Assembly: GCF_963921235.1 (NCBI RefSeq)
Contig: NC_086097.1
Span: forward strand, 17,918,001 to 17,980,000
Origin: Mobula hypostoma
Taxonomy: Eukaryota
Direction: 5' to 3'
DNA length: 62,000 bases
Shown here piece after piece: positions 24,934 to 38,092 of the stretch. The notes beneath the pieces were generated by a model that was not told where the DNA came from, ran no database searches, and was given only the letters and a program-made list of their open reading frames with translations. How positions within the stretch are numbered: position 1 is the stretch's first letter; each line of letters opens with the position of its first letter. Position numbers and translations under genes: made by a program.

Positions 24934-25104
24934 ATGACTTATCAGAAGATGGAGATACACATCTGGATATATGCTGGCAAGGGGTGACTGAGGACCTGGT
25001 TTGTAGAAGACCTCTGTGGACCAGTTCAACCTACACTGAATGTTGCTGCATGTATGGAGAGGCTTGGGGCCTACAATGTGCCCTCTGCCCCTCAAGAGCA
25101 TCGG
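24934..25104 (+). CDS. LTBP2: LTBP exon: last 8-Cys/TB domain
   Basis: TAG| (D)[62 protein letters not shown]; 171 nt, phase 1-1. Confidence 0.93.
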
Positions 25105-25399
25105 GTAAGAAACAAGTTACTGGATACCAAAGAGCTTAATGAGGGGGAAATTGTGTTTAATAAACTTATGGGAATTCTTTCAGTAGGTGACTACTGGGTG
25201 AGATAAAATAGGAGGACAACAAATAGCATACTTCAGGTTTGCAATAGACATGTCATAAGATGAATTACATCTAGAATAAAGAAATCGTATCTGTGATGGT
25301 AACCATAGAATGTATAGATTGATGAAAATGTAACAATCCTTCACAGAAAGAGATATAGCAAAAATAAGTAGTCTTTATTATGTGAGATTTTTAAGAAAT

Positions 25400-26450
25400 T
25401 TTTATGAATGTGGATATTGCATCTATTGTTCAATCCTAACTGGTTGTGAGAAAATGATGAGCCCCTTTTCAAATCATTCCCATCACTGCTACACTATTGC
25501 TATATAGGAAGTTTCAGGATTTATACCCAGCAGTGATGTAGTATCTCAGGTCAGGACAATGTATGTCTTAGAAGAGAATCCTCAGAAGTTGCTGTTCCCA
25601 CTTAGCAGTTGAGTTAGGTGAGAGAAGTAACTGCAATGTGTTTTGTTGTTGGCTCACTCTGCAGCTTTGGTATAAATGTTAAATGTAGTGCTGAGCTGCT
25701 TGAGTGTTGTTGGAACTGCTCTCATCCAGGAAAGTGGAAGATTTTAAGGTACTAAGAGATGAGACACTTGTTACCTCTAATCTGCCTTTTTCTATGTGCC
25801 TCTTTCAGTTTGTTTTTCCAATAGTGACTCCCAGGATAAAGGCTGTAGGGTATATGGATTTGAATATCACTACAGAATATCATGGATAGGTGGTTAGAAT
25901 TTATTATTAGATGTCTGTTGCCTGACATTTGTATAGTGTGAATGTTGAACAGCTAATTAACAGCATTGCCTAATACTGTATAGCTCTTGATGAATGCAGG
26001 CATGTGATGCTTTATTTTCTGAGGAATTTTACAAATTAAGTTGAACGTTGTTGAGTTATCACTGAACTTGCCTACTTCGTTTAAATGCTGGTACAAAAAT
26101 CATTGATGAAATAGCTAAAATGGTTGTGCCTGAGATCGTGCCATATAGGACTCCAACAGTGATCCCTAGCACTGAGATAATTGACCTTCAGCAACCTCAA
26201 ACATTTTTATTTTGTGTAAGTTATGACTCCAGCCATTGGATTTCCTCCCCATGTGTCCTTATGCTCATTAATTTAATGTGATGCCCTGTTCGAAAAAATG
26301 TTACTCTCACCTCTGGAATTCTATATTTGGACCAAGAATATAATGAAGTCTGGGACTGTGTGAACACACCAACAAATATGACTGAATATGAATTATTCAT
26401 CAATTCAAAGTCAGTTATGGATGAATACTAAATTCTGGCAGTGCCAGTAA
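25400..26450 (-). mobile_element. Highly degenerate LINE remnant (CR1/L2-like)
   Basis: Weak nucleotide resemblance to LINE RT regions on the - strand; no intact protein motif. Confidence 0.35.
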
Positions 26451-26789
26451 CACCCTTACTTCATCAACAAATAAATAATAAAAAGGTCAGTATACAAGAT
26501 AACAACTAAATGAGTTGAAGTAACATGTATAGAAGACCGGGTAACTAACTGATAGTAAAGTGCAAGGGAGGAAGGAGGTCCTTCAGAGAAATGGCTCATA
26601 TCTCAGCTCATTACAGTCTAAATTAATGACTCGTATGAAGAGATCAAATGTAACTCGTCCAAGTTCAACCATAGTATAAAAACAGGTGGGAAAGTAACAC
26701 TAATAAAAAAAAAGAAAAACTGACCCAGAATAATAACAAGCAAAAATGCCATTTATGGTACAGACAGAAAGAAAAAAAAAAGAGGCACC

Positions 26790-27215
26790 TATGGAGAATT
26801 CAATATTAAATCTGGATGGTTGCAACATGCTCAGAAGAATGATAAGGTGTTGTTCCTCAAGCTTGCAGTTGCAACAACTGAACTTTCACATTTTCCATTC
26901 CTACCATTTAGTGATTCAAACAGTCTTTCCAGGTGGAGCAGCATTTCACTTACACTTCTTCAAATTTAGTATACTATACTGAATGTTTAAAATAATATGG
27001 TCTCACCTATAGTAAAGAAACCAAATGCAGATTGTGTCACTGCTTTGCAGAACACCTGCATTCAGTCTACAGGAGAAACCTTGAATTTCTGGTTGCCTAC
27101 CACTTTAATAACCCATCACACTCAGATCTAATTGTGACCTCTTGCACTGCTACAAGAAAGTTCAATACAAGTTTTGCCTTTCTGTTAAGAGTAACTTGGC
27201 CTGCTGAGCATGTCC
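26790..27215. mobile_element. Penelope-like fragments in both orientations
   Basis: The + strand part encodes CFAEHLHSVYRRNLEFLVAYHFNNPSHS (GIY-YIG C-terminal R..EH..HF motif). 26790-26870 is an inverted piece of the downstream region. Confidence 0.7.
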
Positions 27216-30028
27216 CACCACCTAACTATCAGGACACACTACACAAACAAAGAAGTATAATCTGGTTCCAAATGCTCTATTTGGTCTCTCATCCGATCAG
27301 AAATACGTATACTGTTCTAACCACACACCCTTCCCCCACAGTTCTCAGCTACTTTCGCTCTTTCCCAATTCAAAGTACGAGGTCAAAATACATTTATTAT
27401 CAAAGTATAATAAATTTTCTTGTGGGTATTCACAGTAAATACAAAGAAACACAATAGAATTGATAGAAAACTGCATACAGCAAAGACGGGCAAACAACTG
27501 ATGTGCAAAGGACAGCTCTTTAAATACACAAAAGAAAAAACAAAAAAATAAAATAAAATAATATTGAGAACATGTGTTGTGGGGTCCTGAAAATGAGTCC
27601 ATAGGTTGTGAAATCTGTTCAGTGTTGGGTTGAGTGAAGTTATCCACTCTGGTTCTGAAGCCTGATGGTTGACAAGTGACAACAGTTCCTAAACCTGGTA
27701 GTATGGGATCTAAAGCTCCTGTACTTCCTTCTTATAGGCAGCAGTGAGAAGAGAGCATAGATTGGATGTTGGGGGCCCTGGATGTAGCAACTGCTTTCCT
27801 GTAACAGTGCTCAATGATGAGGGAGGGCAATTGCCCATGATGCACTGGGCCTTATCCATTTTTTTTTGTAGGCTTTTCCGTTCAAGGATATTGATGCTTC
27901 CATACCAGGCCATAATGCGACCAGTCAGTATACTCTCCACTGTGTATCTATAGAAGTTTGTCAAAGTTTCAGATGACATACCGAATCTTCGCGAACTTCA
28001 AAGAAAATAACGGTACTACTGTACCTTCTTTGTAATGGCACATGTGCTGGACCCAGGGAAGATCTCAAAATAATAATGCTGAAGAATTTAAAGTTACTGA
28101 CCCTCTCCAGGTCTGATCCCCTGATGAGGACTGGATTGTGAAACTCCAGTTTTCTCCTCCTGTAATCAATAATCAGCTCTTTGGTTTTGCGGACATTGAG
28201 CGAGTAGTTATTGTTGTGGCAACATTCAGCCAGATTTTCAATATCCTTCTTAAATGCTGATTCAACACCACCTTTAATTCAGCCAATAACAGTGGTATAA
28301 TCAGCAAACTTAAATATGGCATTAGAGCTGTACTTAGCCTCATAGCCATAAGTATAAAGTGAGTAGAGCAAGGGACTAAGCACAGAACCTTACAGCACAC
28401 CTATGCTGATGGAGATTTTGTTGCAAATCCGAACTCACTGGGGTCTGTAAGTCAAGATGATACTTTTTGTTTATCTCCTCCTCAACCCCAGTTCCTGGCC
28501 TTCTCCCCGTAGCCTTTGATGCCATGTCCAATCAAGAACCTATTAACTCTGCCTTTAATACACCCAACAACCTGGCCTCCACAGCTGCATGTGGCAAAAA
28601 ATTCCACAAATTCACCACCCTTTGGCTAAAGAAATTTCTCCGCATCTCTGTTTTGAAAGGGTGCCCCTCTATCCTGAGGCTGTGCCCTCTTGTCCTAGAC
28701 TCTCCCACTATGGGAAACAATCCTTTCCCATCTACTCTGTCTAGACTTTTCAACGTTTGAAAGGTTTCAATGAGATCCCTCACCCTATCCTTCTGAATTC
28801 CAGTGAGTACATACACAGAGCCATCAAATGTTCCCAGTATGATAACCCTTTCATTCCTGGAATCATTCTTGTGAACCTCCTCTGGACCCTCTCCAATGCC
28901 AGCGTATCTTTTCAAAGATGCGGGCCCCAAAACTATTCACAATACTCAAGGTGAGGCCTCACGTGCCATATAAAGCTTCAGCATCACATCCTTGCTCTTA
29001 TATTCTAGACCTCTTGAAATGAATGCTAACATGGCATTTGCCTTCCTCACTGCCAACTCTATCTGCAAATTAACCTTCAGGATGTTTTGCACAAGGACTC
29101 CCAAGTCCCTCTGCAACTCAGATTCCTGGATTTTTTCCATGTTTAGAAAATAGTTCACACATTTATTTCTATACCAAAGCGCATGACATTGCATTTCCAA
29201 CATTGTATTTCATTTGCCACTTTCTTGCCCATTCTCCTAACCTGATCTGCCTAAATCCTTCTGCATCCTACTGTTTTCTCAACACTACCTATCCCTCCAC
29301 CAATGTTCATATCATCTGCAAACTTGGCAACAAAGCCATCTATTTCCATCATCTAAATCATTTATAGATAGCATAAAAATAAGTGGTCCCAACACTGACC
29401 CCTGTGGAACCCCACTAGTCACCGGCAGCCAACTAGAAAAGGATCCTTTTATTCCCACACGCTGCCTCCTACCAATCAGCCAATGCTCTAACCATGTTAG
29501 TAAGTTTCCTGTAATACCATTGGCTCTTAACTTAGTAAGCAGTCTTATGTGTGGCACCTTGTCAAAGACGCCATGAAAGTCCAGATATACAACATCCACT
29601 ACATCCCCTTTTTCTATCCTGCTTGTAATCTCCTCAAAGAATTCCAACAGGTTTGTCAGGCAGGACTTTCTCTGAAGGAAACCATGCTGACTTTGTACTA
29701 TCTTGTCCTGTGTCACCAAGTACTCCATCACCTTATCCTTAACAATTGACAATTCAGAACCCTAGGGTGCAGTTCCTCTGGTCCAGCTGACTTATGTACC
29801 TTTAGGTCTTTCAGCTTTTTGAGCACCCTCTCTCTTGTAACAGTATCTGCACCCACTTCTCTTCCTTCACACACTACAACATTAGGCATACTGCTAGTGT
29901 CTTCCACAGTGAAGACTGATGCAAAATACTCATTTAATTCATCAGCCATCTCCTTGTCCCCTGTTATTATTTCTCCTGCCTCATTTTCTAACTGTCCTAT
30001 ATCCATCCTCATTTCTCTTTTACTTTTA

Positions 30029-30352
30029 GAACCATAGAACACTACAGCACAGAAAACAGGCTATTCGGCCCTTCTAGTCTGTGCCAAAACATTATTCCGC
30101 TAGTCTCATTGACCTGTATCCAGTCCATAACCCTCCAGACCTCTCCCATCCATGTACCTATCCAATTTATTCTTAAAACTTAAGAGTGAGCCTGCATTTA
30201 CCACATCAGATGGCAGCTCGTTCCACACTCCCAACGCTTTCTGAGTGAAGAAGTTCCCCCAATGTTCCCCCAGAACCTTTCCCCTTTCACCCTATAGCCA
30301 TGTCCTCTTGTATTTATCTCCCCTAATCTAAGTGGAAAGAGCCTATTACACA
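30029..30352 (-). mobile_element. Short CR1 3' end insertion
   Basis: 10-bp TSD TTTACTTTTA (30019-30028, 30353-30362); TAGAACCATAGAAC tail. Confidence 0.8.
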
Positions 30353-30621
30353 TTTACTTTTAACATAACTGAAAAAACTTTTACTATCTAATTTGTTATT
30401 ATTTACTAGCTTGCTTTCATATTTCACCTGTTCCCTTCTAATGATTTTTTTAGTTTTTTTCTGTTGGTTTTTAAAAACTTCCCAATCCTCTACCTTCCTA
30501 CTATTTTTTGCTTGGTTGTTTGCCTTTTCTTTTGCTTTTACATTAGCTTTGATTTCCCTTGTCAGCTACAGTTGTACTATTTTACCACTTGAGTATTGCT
30601 TCATTTTTGGAATGCACATGT

Positions 30622-31330
30622 CAATAGACAATAGACAATAGGTGCAGGAGTAGGCCATTCAGCCCTTTGAGCCAGCACCATCATTCACTGTGATCATGGC
30701 TGATCATCCACAATCAGTACCCTTTTCCTGCCTTCTCCCCATATCCCTTCACTCCGCTATCTTTAAGAGCTCTATCTAACTCTTTCTTGAAAGAATCCAG
30801 AGAATTGGCCTCCACTGCCTTCTGAGGCAGAGCATTCCACAGAACCACAACGCTCTGTGTGAAAAAGTTTTTCCTCAACTCCATTCTAAATTGTCTACCC
30901 CTTATTCTTAAACTGTGGCCTCTGGTTCTGGACTCCCCCAATATCGGGAACATGTTTCCTGCCTCTAGCGTGTCCAATCCCTTAATAATCTTATATGTTT
31001 CAATCAGATCCCCTCTCATCCTTCTAAACTTCAGTGTATACAACCCCAGTCGCTCCAATCTTTCAACATATGACAGTCCGGCCATCAAGGGAGTTAACCT
31101 CGTGAACCTATGCTGCACTCCCTCAATAGCTAGAATGTCCTTCCTCAAATTTGGAGACCAAAACTGTACACAATACTCCAGGTGTGGTCTCACCAGGGCC
31201 CTGTATAACTGCAGAAAGACCTCTTTGCTGCTATACTCAACTCCCCTTGTTATGAAGGCCAACATGCCATTAGCTTTCTTCACTGCCTGCTGTACCTGCA
31301 TGCTTACTTTTAGTGACTGATGAATAAAGA
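30622..31330 (-). mobile_element. Young CR1 3' end insertion
   Basis: Uninterrupted C-terminal ORF2 (LVRPHLEYCVQFWSP..FFTQSVV); (CAATAGA)n tail at 30622-30641. Confidence 0.9.
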
Positions 31331-33121
31331 CGTGTCCTACATATCCTTCACCTTCCTCATTTTTCCCAGAAATGCATGCCATTGCTGCTCTGCTGACATC
31401 CCTGCCAGCAGCTCCTTCCAATTTACTTTGGCCAACTCCTCTCTCATACCACTGTAATTTCCCTTACTCCACTGAAATACTGTTACATCAGACTTTACTT
31501 TCTCCCTATCAGATTTCAAGTTGAACACAATCATATTCTGATCACTGGTTCCTAAAGGTTCTTTTACCTTCACCTCCCTAATCGCCTCCAGTTCATTACT
31601 TAACACCCAATCCAGTATAGCTGATCCCCTAGTAGGCTCAACAACAAACTGCTCTAAAAAGCTATCTCTTAGGCATTCAACAAACTCACTCTCTTGAGAT
31701 CCATTACCAACCTGATTTTCCCAAACAACCTCCTATAACTACTATAGCATTACCCTTTTGACTCGCCTTTTCTACTTTCTGTTGTAACCTGTTGTCCACC
31801 TCCCAGCCACTGTTGGGAGGCCTGTATATAACTGCCTTCAACTCCTTTTACCCTTGCAGTTTCTTAACTCAATCCACAAGGAATCAACATCTTAGAATCC
31901 TATGTTACATCTTTCTATTGATTTGATGCCATTTTTTACCAGTAGAGCCACACCAACCCCTCTGCCTACTTTCCTATCCCTCCAATATAATGTGTAACCT
32001 TGAACATTCAGCTCCCAACTACAACTCATAATGTTGAGTGCAGAGCTGTAGTCAATGACGTGCAGTCTGATGTATGCATCTTCACTGTCCAGATGTTAGT
32101 GTTGAGTAAAGAGTCAATGAAATGGTATCTGCTTGTTGACCTATTGTAACGATAGGCAAATTGGAGTGGATCCAAGTTGCTCCTCAGGCAAGATTTGAGG
32201 TTTCATCACCAACCTCTCAAAATACTTAGATGTAAGTACTCAGTAGTAGTACTGAGGCAGGTTACCATTTTCTTTTTGGGCATCAGTATAATTGAAGCCT
32301 GCTTGAAGGAGGTGAATACCTCAGACTGCTGAAATAAACACTTCAGGCAGTTGATGCAGTACAGCTCTTCAATACTCAACCAGGTACGCCATCTTGGCCT
32401 TATGCTTTCGGTGGGTTCACTCTCCTGAAGGACGCTTTCATGTTGTCCTCAGAGGCTGAAATCGCAGGGGCATCATGGGCTGTGGGAGTTCCTGAAGTTG
32501 TCTCCATTTTCTGTCATTCAAAGCAGGCATTAAAGGTGTTGAGCTCATCTGGGAGTGAAACCTTGTTGTCACGTATGGTGTTTGGTTTTACTTTGTATGA
32601 GGTGATAGCATTCAAGCCACAAGTCAGTTTAGTCAAATGTCTCTGACCTGAGATATTAACTCTTTTCTCCCTCCACAATGCTGCCTAACCTGCTAAGTGT
32701 TTTTAGCATTCTCCATTTTTGTTGCAGGTTTTGTTTGCTTCATTAGAATAGTTACCTTTTTTTCGGAATAAAATATTGTGCCTATTCAGAATAATCAGCA
32801 GCTTGCCATTTGCTTTCAGAATTCAACTGATTTATATTTTTTAGAAAATAATTCCAGTTATGTGCATCTACATGAAATATCTGAATCATTGATTTTTGCC
32901 CAAATATATGAATGGGTAATATATTACATTATCACCTATTAATTCAGCAAAGTCTGTTAACAGTTAAAAAGTTAGCAACCACATTTATTATCAAAGTTGT
33001 TTAATAGAAATAGCAAATTGGATCCAGCACTATTTGACCAAGTAACTATTATGGGTAAAATGTTTAATGACTTTTTCATAACTTATTTGTTTATTAACTT
33101 GTTTTTACTATATTATTATAG

Positions 33122-33523
33122 ATGATTTTGCACAGCTTTGTAATGTTCCTAGGATATTTGGTGATGGAACAACAGGCCTCCGTGATAGAACTGGATATGA
33201 ATTTGGCCAAGAAGCACCATCCCGTGTTGAAGGTTCACAACGTGGAATTGGATCCTATGACAATTATCTTCAGCCTGAATTTGGACCATATGATTCTCAA
33301 TATGGAGTAGAATATGGATTGGAAGATCGTTATTTTGGATCAAGATATGGACAGAGCAATCCCCAAACTGACTCAAGATTTGAACTTAGAGATCCGCGGC
33401 TTTCTTCGCAATATGGTCCAACAGACTCCCAACGTGAACCTGAAAGTGGTTCGAGAGGATATTCACGTATTCCACTATACCGTCCTCAAGATCCTCTGAG
33501 CATTCCTTTGTTTAGTGACAATG
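33122..33523 (+). CDS. LTBP2: LTBP exon: end of TB domain plus Tyr/Gly/Ser-rich linker
   Basis: TAG| (D)DFAQLCNVPRIFGDGTTGLRDRTGYEFGQEAPSRVEGSQRGIGSYDNYLQPEFGPYDSQYG...PLSIPLFSDN |GTAAAG; 402 nt open frame, phase 1-1. Confidence 0.9.
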
Positions 33524-34565
33524 GTAAAGTTTTATTCACTTCTCCTTAATATATCAGAATATTTGGATGAAAGTCCATGTTATCCATATTTATATAGAGA
33601 GAGTATGTGACTGTTATCAAAGTAACAAACGATTCAAATTTATTGTTTAAGATTTGTAAATCATATAAAGATCCATGTAAATGTTTTTATAGTTTTCATT
33701 ATTTTAGCAATACATGCTCTTTGCTGCCTTGGAAGGCAGGAACATAGCCTAAGCTCAAACCATGAGCCATGCCATTCATGATCTGATTATCATTTCAGTG
33801 GCAAAAGAAATATCTCGTCTTGATTCTGCTGAATATTATAAGGCATATTGTGAATGGAGATGGTGTAAGGCTACTGCATCATAATAACTAAAGATAATGT
33901 CACTTAAAATGTAATTTCTTATATAACTAAGTTGAATATGTTCCCAATGGGGATTGCTCATTGTAGGGTTATACTTTGAGTGAATGAAGGGATACACCGA
34001 AAACCAGAGAACATAAAAAGAATGCACTGGTTTAAAGAATCTGCTGCATTAATTAAAGGGTCAGGTAGTTGAAACAGCAGATTGGTTAAAAAGGAAAACA
34101 AAGCAGAAAAAAAAATATTTTTCAGTTTGGCCAGTGAATGCTATAGGGTTAAATACTGATCATCCAGAATCTTTAGTTTTTTTAGTTCCTCGCAATTTAT
34201 ATTAACAATGTGGATGAAAACCTGGTGTGAAATAATTTTTATTTGAGATGTGTAAAGTTACGAGAGGGCAAAACAGGATAAAGCTATTTCTCATAATATA
34301 CTGTAAAGGTCAATATCTTGAGGAAGTAATTTTAACCATATTGCTAGAAAGGTTAGAGGTGAGTCATGAAAGAAATAATATTTCATTAAGTAAAAGGTGG
34401 AAATCTGGAACTTGCTGCCTAAAAATATGCTGGAGTCAGAGAGCCTTGTCACATTTTAGGATATAGATCAGCACCTGAGGGCTGTTTACTCCAGCTCAAT
34501 CTTTAGGTGTACACTGGAGAGGAAAGAAGATTTGTAGATTACATCATTAGTCCTTCCCATGCAAA

Positions 34566-35945
34566 CACTAACCTCAGTGGTTGCGAAAATGTTGGGGTCT
34601 ATTATTAAGGACGAGCTTTCGAGGTACTTGGAGACGAATGATAAAATAAGTCAAAGTCAGCATGGTTTCTGTAATGGGAAATCTTGCCTGACAAATCAAT
34701 TAGAGTTCTTCAAGGAAGTAACAAGCTTGATGGACAAAGAAGAGACAGTGGATATCATTTACTTGGATTTTCAGAAAGCGTTTGATAAGGTCCCACACGT
34801 GGGGCTGCTAAACAAGGTAAAATTCTATGGCGTTACAGGAAAGATACTAGCATGGATAGCGGAATGGCTGACCGGCAAGAGGCAGTGAGTGGGAATAAAA
34901 GGAGCCTTTTCTGGTTGGCTGCCAGTGACTAGTGGTGTTCCTCAGGTCAGTATTGGGACCACTGCTTTTCACATTGTCAATAATTTAGATAATGGAATTA
35001 TTAGCTTTGTGGCAAAGTTTGCAGATGATATGAAGATAGGTGGAGGTGTAGGTAATGCTGGGAAGCAATGTGATTGCAGCAGGATTTAGACAAATTGTAA
35101 GAATGGGCAAATAAGTGGCAGATAGAATATTGTGTTGGGAAATGTATGATCATGCATGTTGGTAAAAGGAACAGTAGTGCAGACCATTACCTAAATGGAG
35201 AGAAGGTTCAAACATCAGAGGCGCAAAGGAACATAGGAGTCCTCGTGCAAGACTCCCAGAAGGTTAATTTACAGGTTGAGACTATGGTAAGAAGGCAAAT
35301 GCAATGTTGGCAAATTTATTTCAAGGGGAATAGAATATAAAAGCAAGGAAATAATGCTGAGCCTTTATAAGACCCTAGTTAGGCTGTAATTAGAGTATTG
35401 TCAACAGTTTTGGACCCCATATCTCAGAAAGGATGTGTTGTCATTGGAGAGAGTCCTGAGGAGGTTCACGAAGATGATTCCGGGAATGAAAGGCTAAACG
35501 TATGAGGCATGTTTGTCAGCTTTGTGCCTGTACTCACTGGAAGTTAGAAGACTATGGGAGGATCTCATTGAAACCTACTAAATGTTGAAAGGACTGAATA
35601 GGATGGATATGGAGCGGATGTTTCCTATGGTGGGCGTATCCAGAACTACAGGGCACAACCTCAGAATTGAATATCAACCCTTTAGAACAGAGGTAAGGAG
35701 GGATTTTTTTAGCTAGAGAGTAGTAAATCTGTGGAATGCTCTGCCACAGACTGTGGTGGAGGCCAAGTCCGTGCATATATTTAAAGCGGAAGATGATCAT
35801 TTCCTGATTGGTCAGGGCATCAAAGGGTATGATGAGAAGGCAGGTGTATGGGATTGAGTGGGATCCAGGATCAGCCGTGATGGAATGGTGGAGCAGATTC
35901 AATGGTCTGAATGGCCTAATTCTGCTCCTATGACTTATGGTCTAA
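34566..35945 (+). mobile_element. CR1 LINE RT-to-3' end
   Basis: ORFs 34559..34888 (QHGF, YLDFQKAFDKVPH) and 34889..35089 (KFADD); CR1-type 3' end. Confidence 0.9.
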
Positions 35946-36104
35946 ACACAATGAAAATTTGTCACAGTAACTATCCAAAGATGTGTGATTTTGTTGTACG
36001 TAAGCTGATTGGCTCACTTCTCTGGAACAGGTAGGCCATGGTTCAGTTGAAATTGAGCCCCAGTGGTTGAGCTGTGGTTTTCTATTGCAAGTTCTCAGTC
36101 GTCT

Positions 36105-36312
36105 AACAAAGGAGCCTGAAGACTCACACTCAACGTTTTAAAACAGCTTCTTCCCCTCTGCCATCAAATTTCTGAATGCTTCCTGAGTCCATGAACACTA
36201 GCTCATTATTTGTCTTTAACACTTATTCATTAATTTTTGTCATTTTTATGTCTTGCACTGTACTACTGATGCAAAACAAAATTTCACAGCATATTCAATA
36301 TCACTGATAATA
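36105..36312 (+). mobile_element. Rex1/Babar 3' end fragment
   Basis: GGAGCCTGAAGACTCACACTCAACG..AACAGCTTCTTCCCCTCTGCCATC matches the C-terminus of the element at about 52970-53040. Confidence 0.65.
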
Positions 36313-37046
36313 AGCTATATTCCACAGTGATTCAACAATGATGGCAGCCTTTAGGTAGATTTTGAGATTTGGAATAATTGAAAAGAGGAATGGGATGAAG
36401 ACTGAGGAACAGAAAGAAGTAGGTGAAGTAATCAAAATGGGAAAGTGAATTGGGATAGACGGGAAGGCAGTAACGAAGGATTGTAATTGTGAGAGAAAAC
36501 TAGGCAAATGGGATAGAAAGAAAGACATTCAAATGGTCAGCTTCAATGAGAGAGGTGCAAGAAACATTCATGAAAGTGGGGAGAGGCAGTTGGGAAAGGA
36601 GTTTAGCAGAAGCCAGGAAAGGAATCAGGAAATGGGAAAGAAAGTTGTGAGCACAAAGTACTGTGTTTGAAAAGGAAGAATTCTGGAAGGGACTATATAA
36701 ATAAGCAATGCACGGTAATGAAGATGGGAGGAGCAGAACGCTTGGCTGTTCAGGAACATTTTGTTCAAAAAATGATCCTTTTTTTCAACAGCTGGGAATG
36801 AAGGAACTAGGTAGTGGAGTTGTGAATAATGTAAAACTGACACCTACTTCTGTGGAAATGCATTTCTGATGGGACCAACACCTGCTAAACTGTAATGTTT
36901 TGAAAGCACTTTTTTTTTACCCTCACACCACCCCTGCAGGCTACCTCCATTACCACCCTTCTCCCCACTGAATATTTAAGTAATTGTGGTGCCACTCATT
37001 CCTTTTACCACAATATGCCACTTTCTGAAAGCCCTAAACATTTTCT

Positions 37047-37500
37047 AACAACACATACAGAATGCTGGAGGAACTCAGCAGGCCAGGCAGCATCTATGGA
37101 AAAGAGTACAGTCAACACTTCGGACCGAGATTCTTCAGTGTGACTGGAGAAAAAAAGATGAGGAGTAGATTTAAAACGTGGGGGGAGGGGAGGAAGAAAC
37201 ACAAGGTGATAGGTGAAAGTGGGAGGGGGAGGGGTGAAGTAAAGAACTGAGAAGTTGATTGGTGAAAGAGATATGGGACTGAAGAAGGGAGAATAAGAGA
37301 TAAGGTCAGAGAGGGAAAAAGGAATGGGGGCTGGTGAAGAGGAAAGGGGGTGTATTACCAGAAGTTCGAGAAAACTATGTCAATGCCATCAGATTGGCGG
37401 CTACCCAAGTGAAATATAAGGTGTTGTTCCTCCAACCTGAGTGATATGTCAACCCATGGCCTCCTCTACTGTTGCGATGAGGCCACACTTAGGTTACTCC
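37047..37500 (-). mobile_element. Penelope-like element 3' fragment with short inverted segment
   Basis: Same terminus as 16899-16992, with a decayed hammerhead at about 37109-37146, a purine tract and post-GIY-YIG sequence. About 37450-37495 is inverted; a + strand terminus also occurs at 37800-37875. Confidence 0.8.
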
Positions 37501-37519
37501 TCCCCTATTTTCTTTCTTC

Positions 37520-38092
37520 CAATTTTGAGGTTTTTGCATATGTTCCAGTTTACTCCCACATCCCAAAAATGTGCAAATTAGTAGATTAATTTGCTTCTGT
37601 ATGTTGCTCAGATTATATAGGTCAGAGGTAGAATCTGGGGGAGTAGGGTATATGTGGGGAGAATTTTGAGGCTGTGCCCTCTAGTTCTGGATGCCCACAT
37701 TATAGGAAACGTCCTCTCCACATCCACCCTATCCTACTCATTTCAACATTCGGTAGGTTTCAATGAGATTCACCCGCATTCTTCTAAATTCCAGTGAATT
37801 ACCTGGCCTGCTGAGTTTCTCCAGTATTTTGAGTGTGTTGCTTAGATTTCCAGAATCTTCAGATCCTCTCTTGGTTCTGAAACATTTTATAGTGCACTTT
37901 CCAAAAATAATTTAGATAATTTAGTGAGTAACTGGTCAACACTGTCCTTCAGCTACTATTTTCACAATCTTATATTAACTCCATTTTTATAAATTCTCCC
38001 CACATTTTCACCACTGGGTAATATAGTTTTGAAATGTGAGAGTAAACTGGGACATACTGCAAAAACCCACAGGGAAGGCATGCAAACTCAGC
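37520..38092. mobile_element. V-SINE/HE1-like fragments (+ at about 37520-37660, - at about 37990-38092) with CR1 and Penelope-like bits between
   Basis: CCAGTTTACTCCCACATCCCAAAAATGTGC resembles the V-SINE core; a reverse-complement-like copy lies at 38030-38090. Confidence 0.5.

Larger units (their letters stand above)
28465..32025 (-). mobile_element. CR1 LINE decayed ORF2 with internal deletion and two nested CR1 3' ends
   Basis: ORFs 31337..31606, 29728..30042, 29312..29752, 28946..29203 and 28532..28930 are collinear. Confidence 0.9.
27369..32640 (-). mobile_element. Rex1/Babar-type LINE (27369-28455 and 32027-32640) split by a CR1
   Basis: ORF 27710..27979 TLTNFYRYTVESILTG..WYGS and RT remnants at 28173-28400. 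The FIDYSSALN-type region resumes at about 32027. Confidence 0.75.

Noticed and set aside
30714..31421. 235-aa ORF as a novel protein
   Set aside because: Chance fusion across the junction of two nested CR1 elements.
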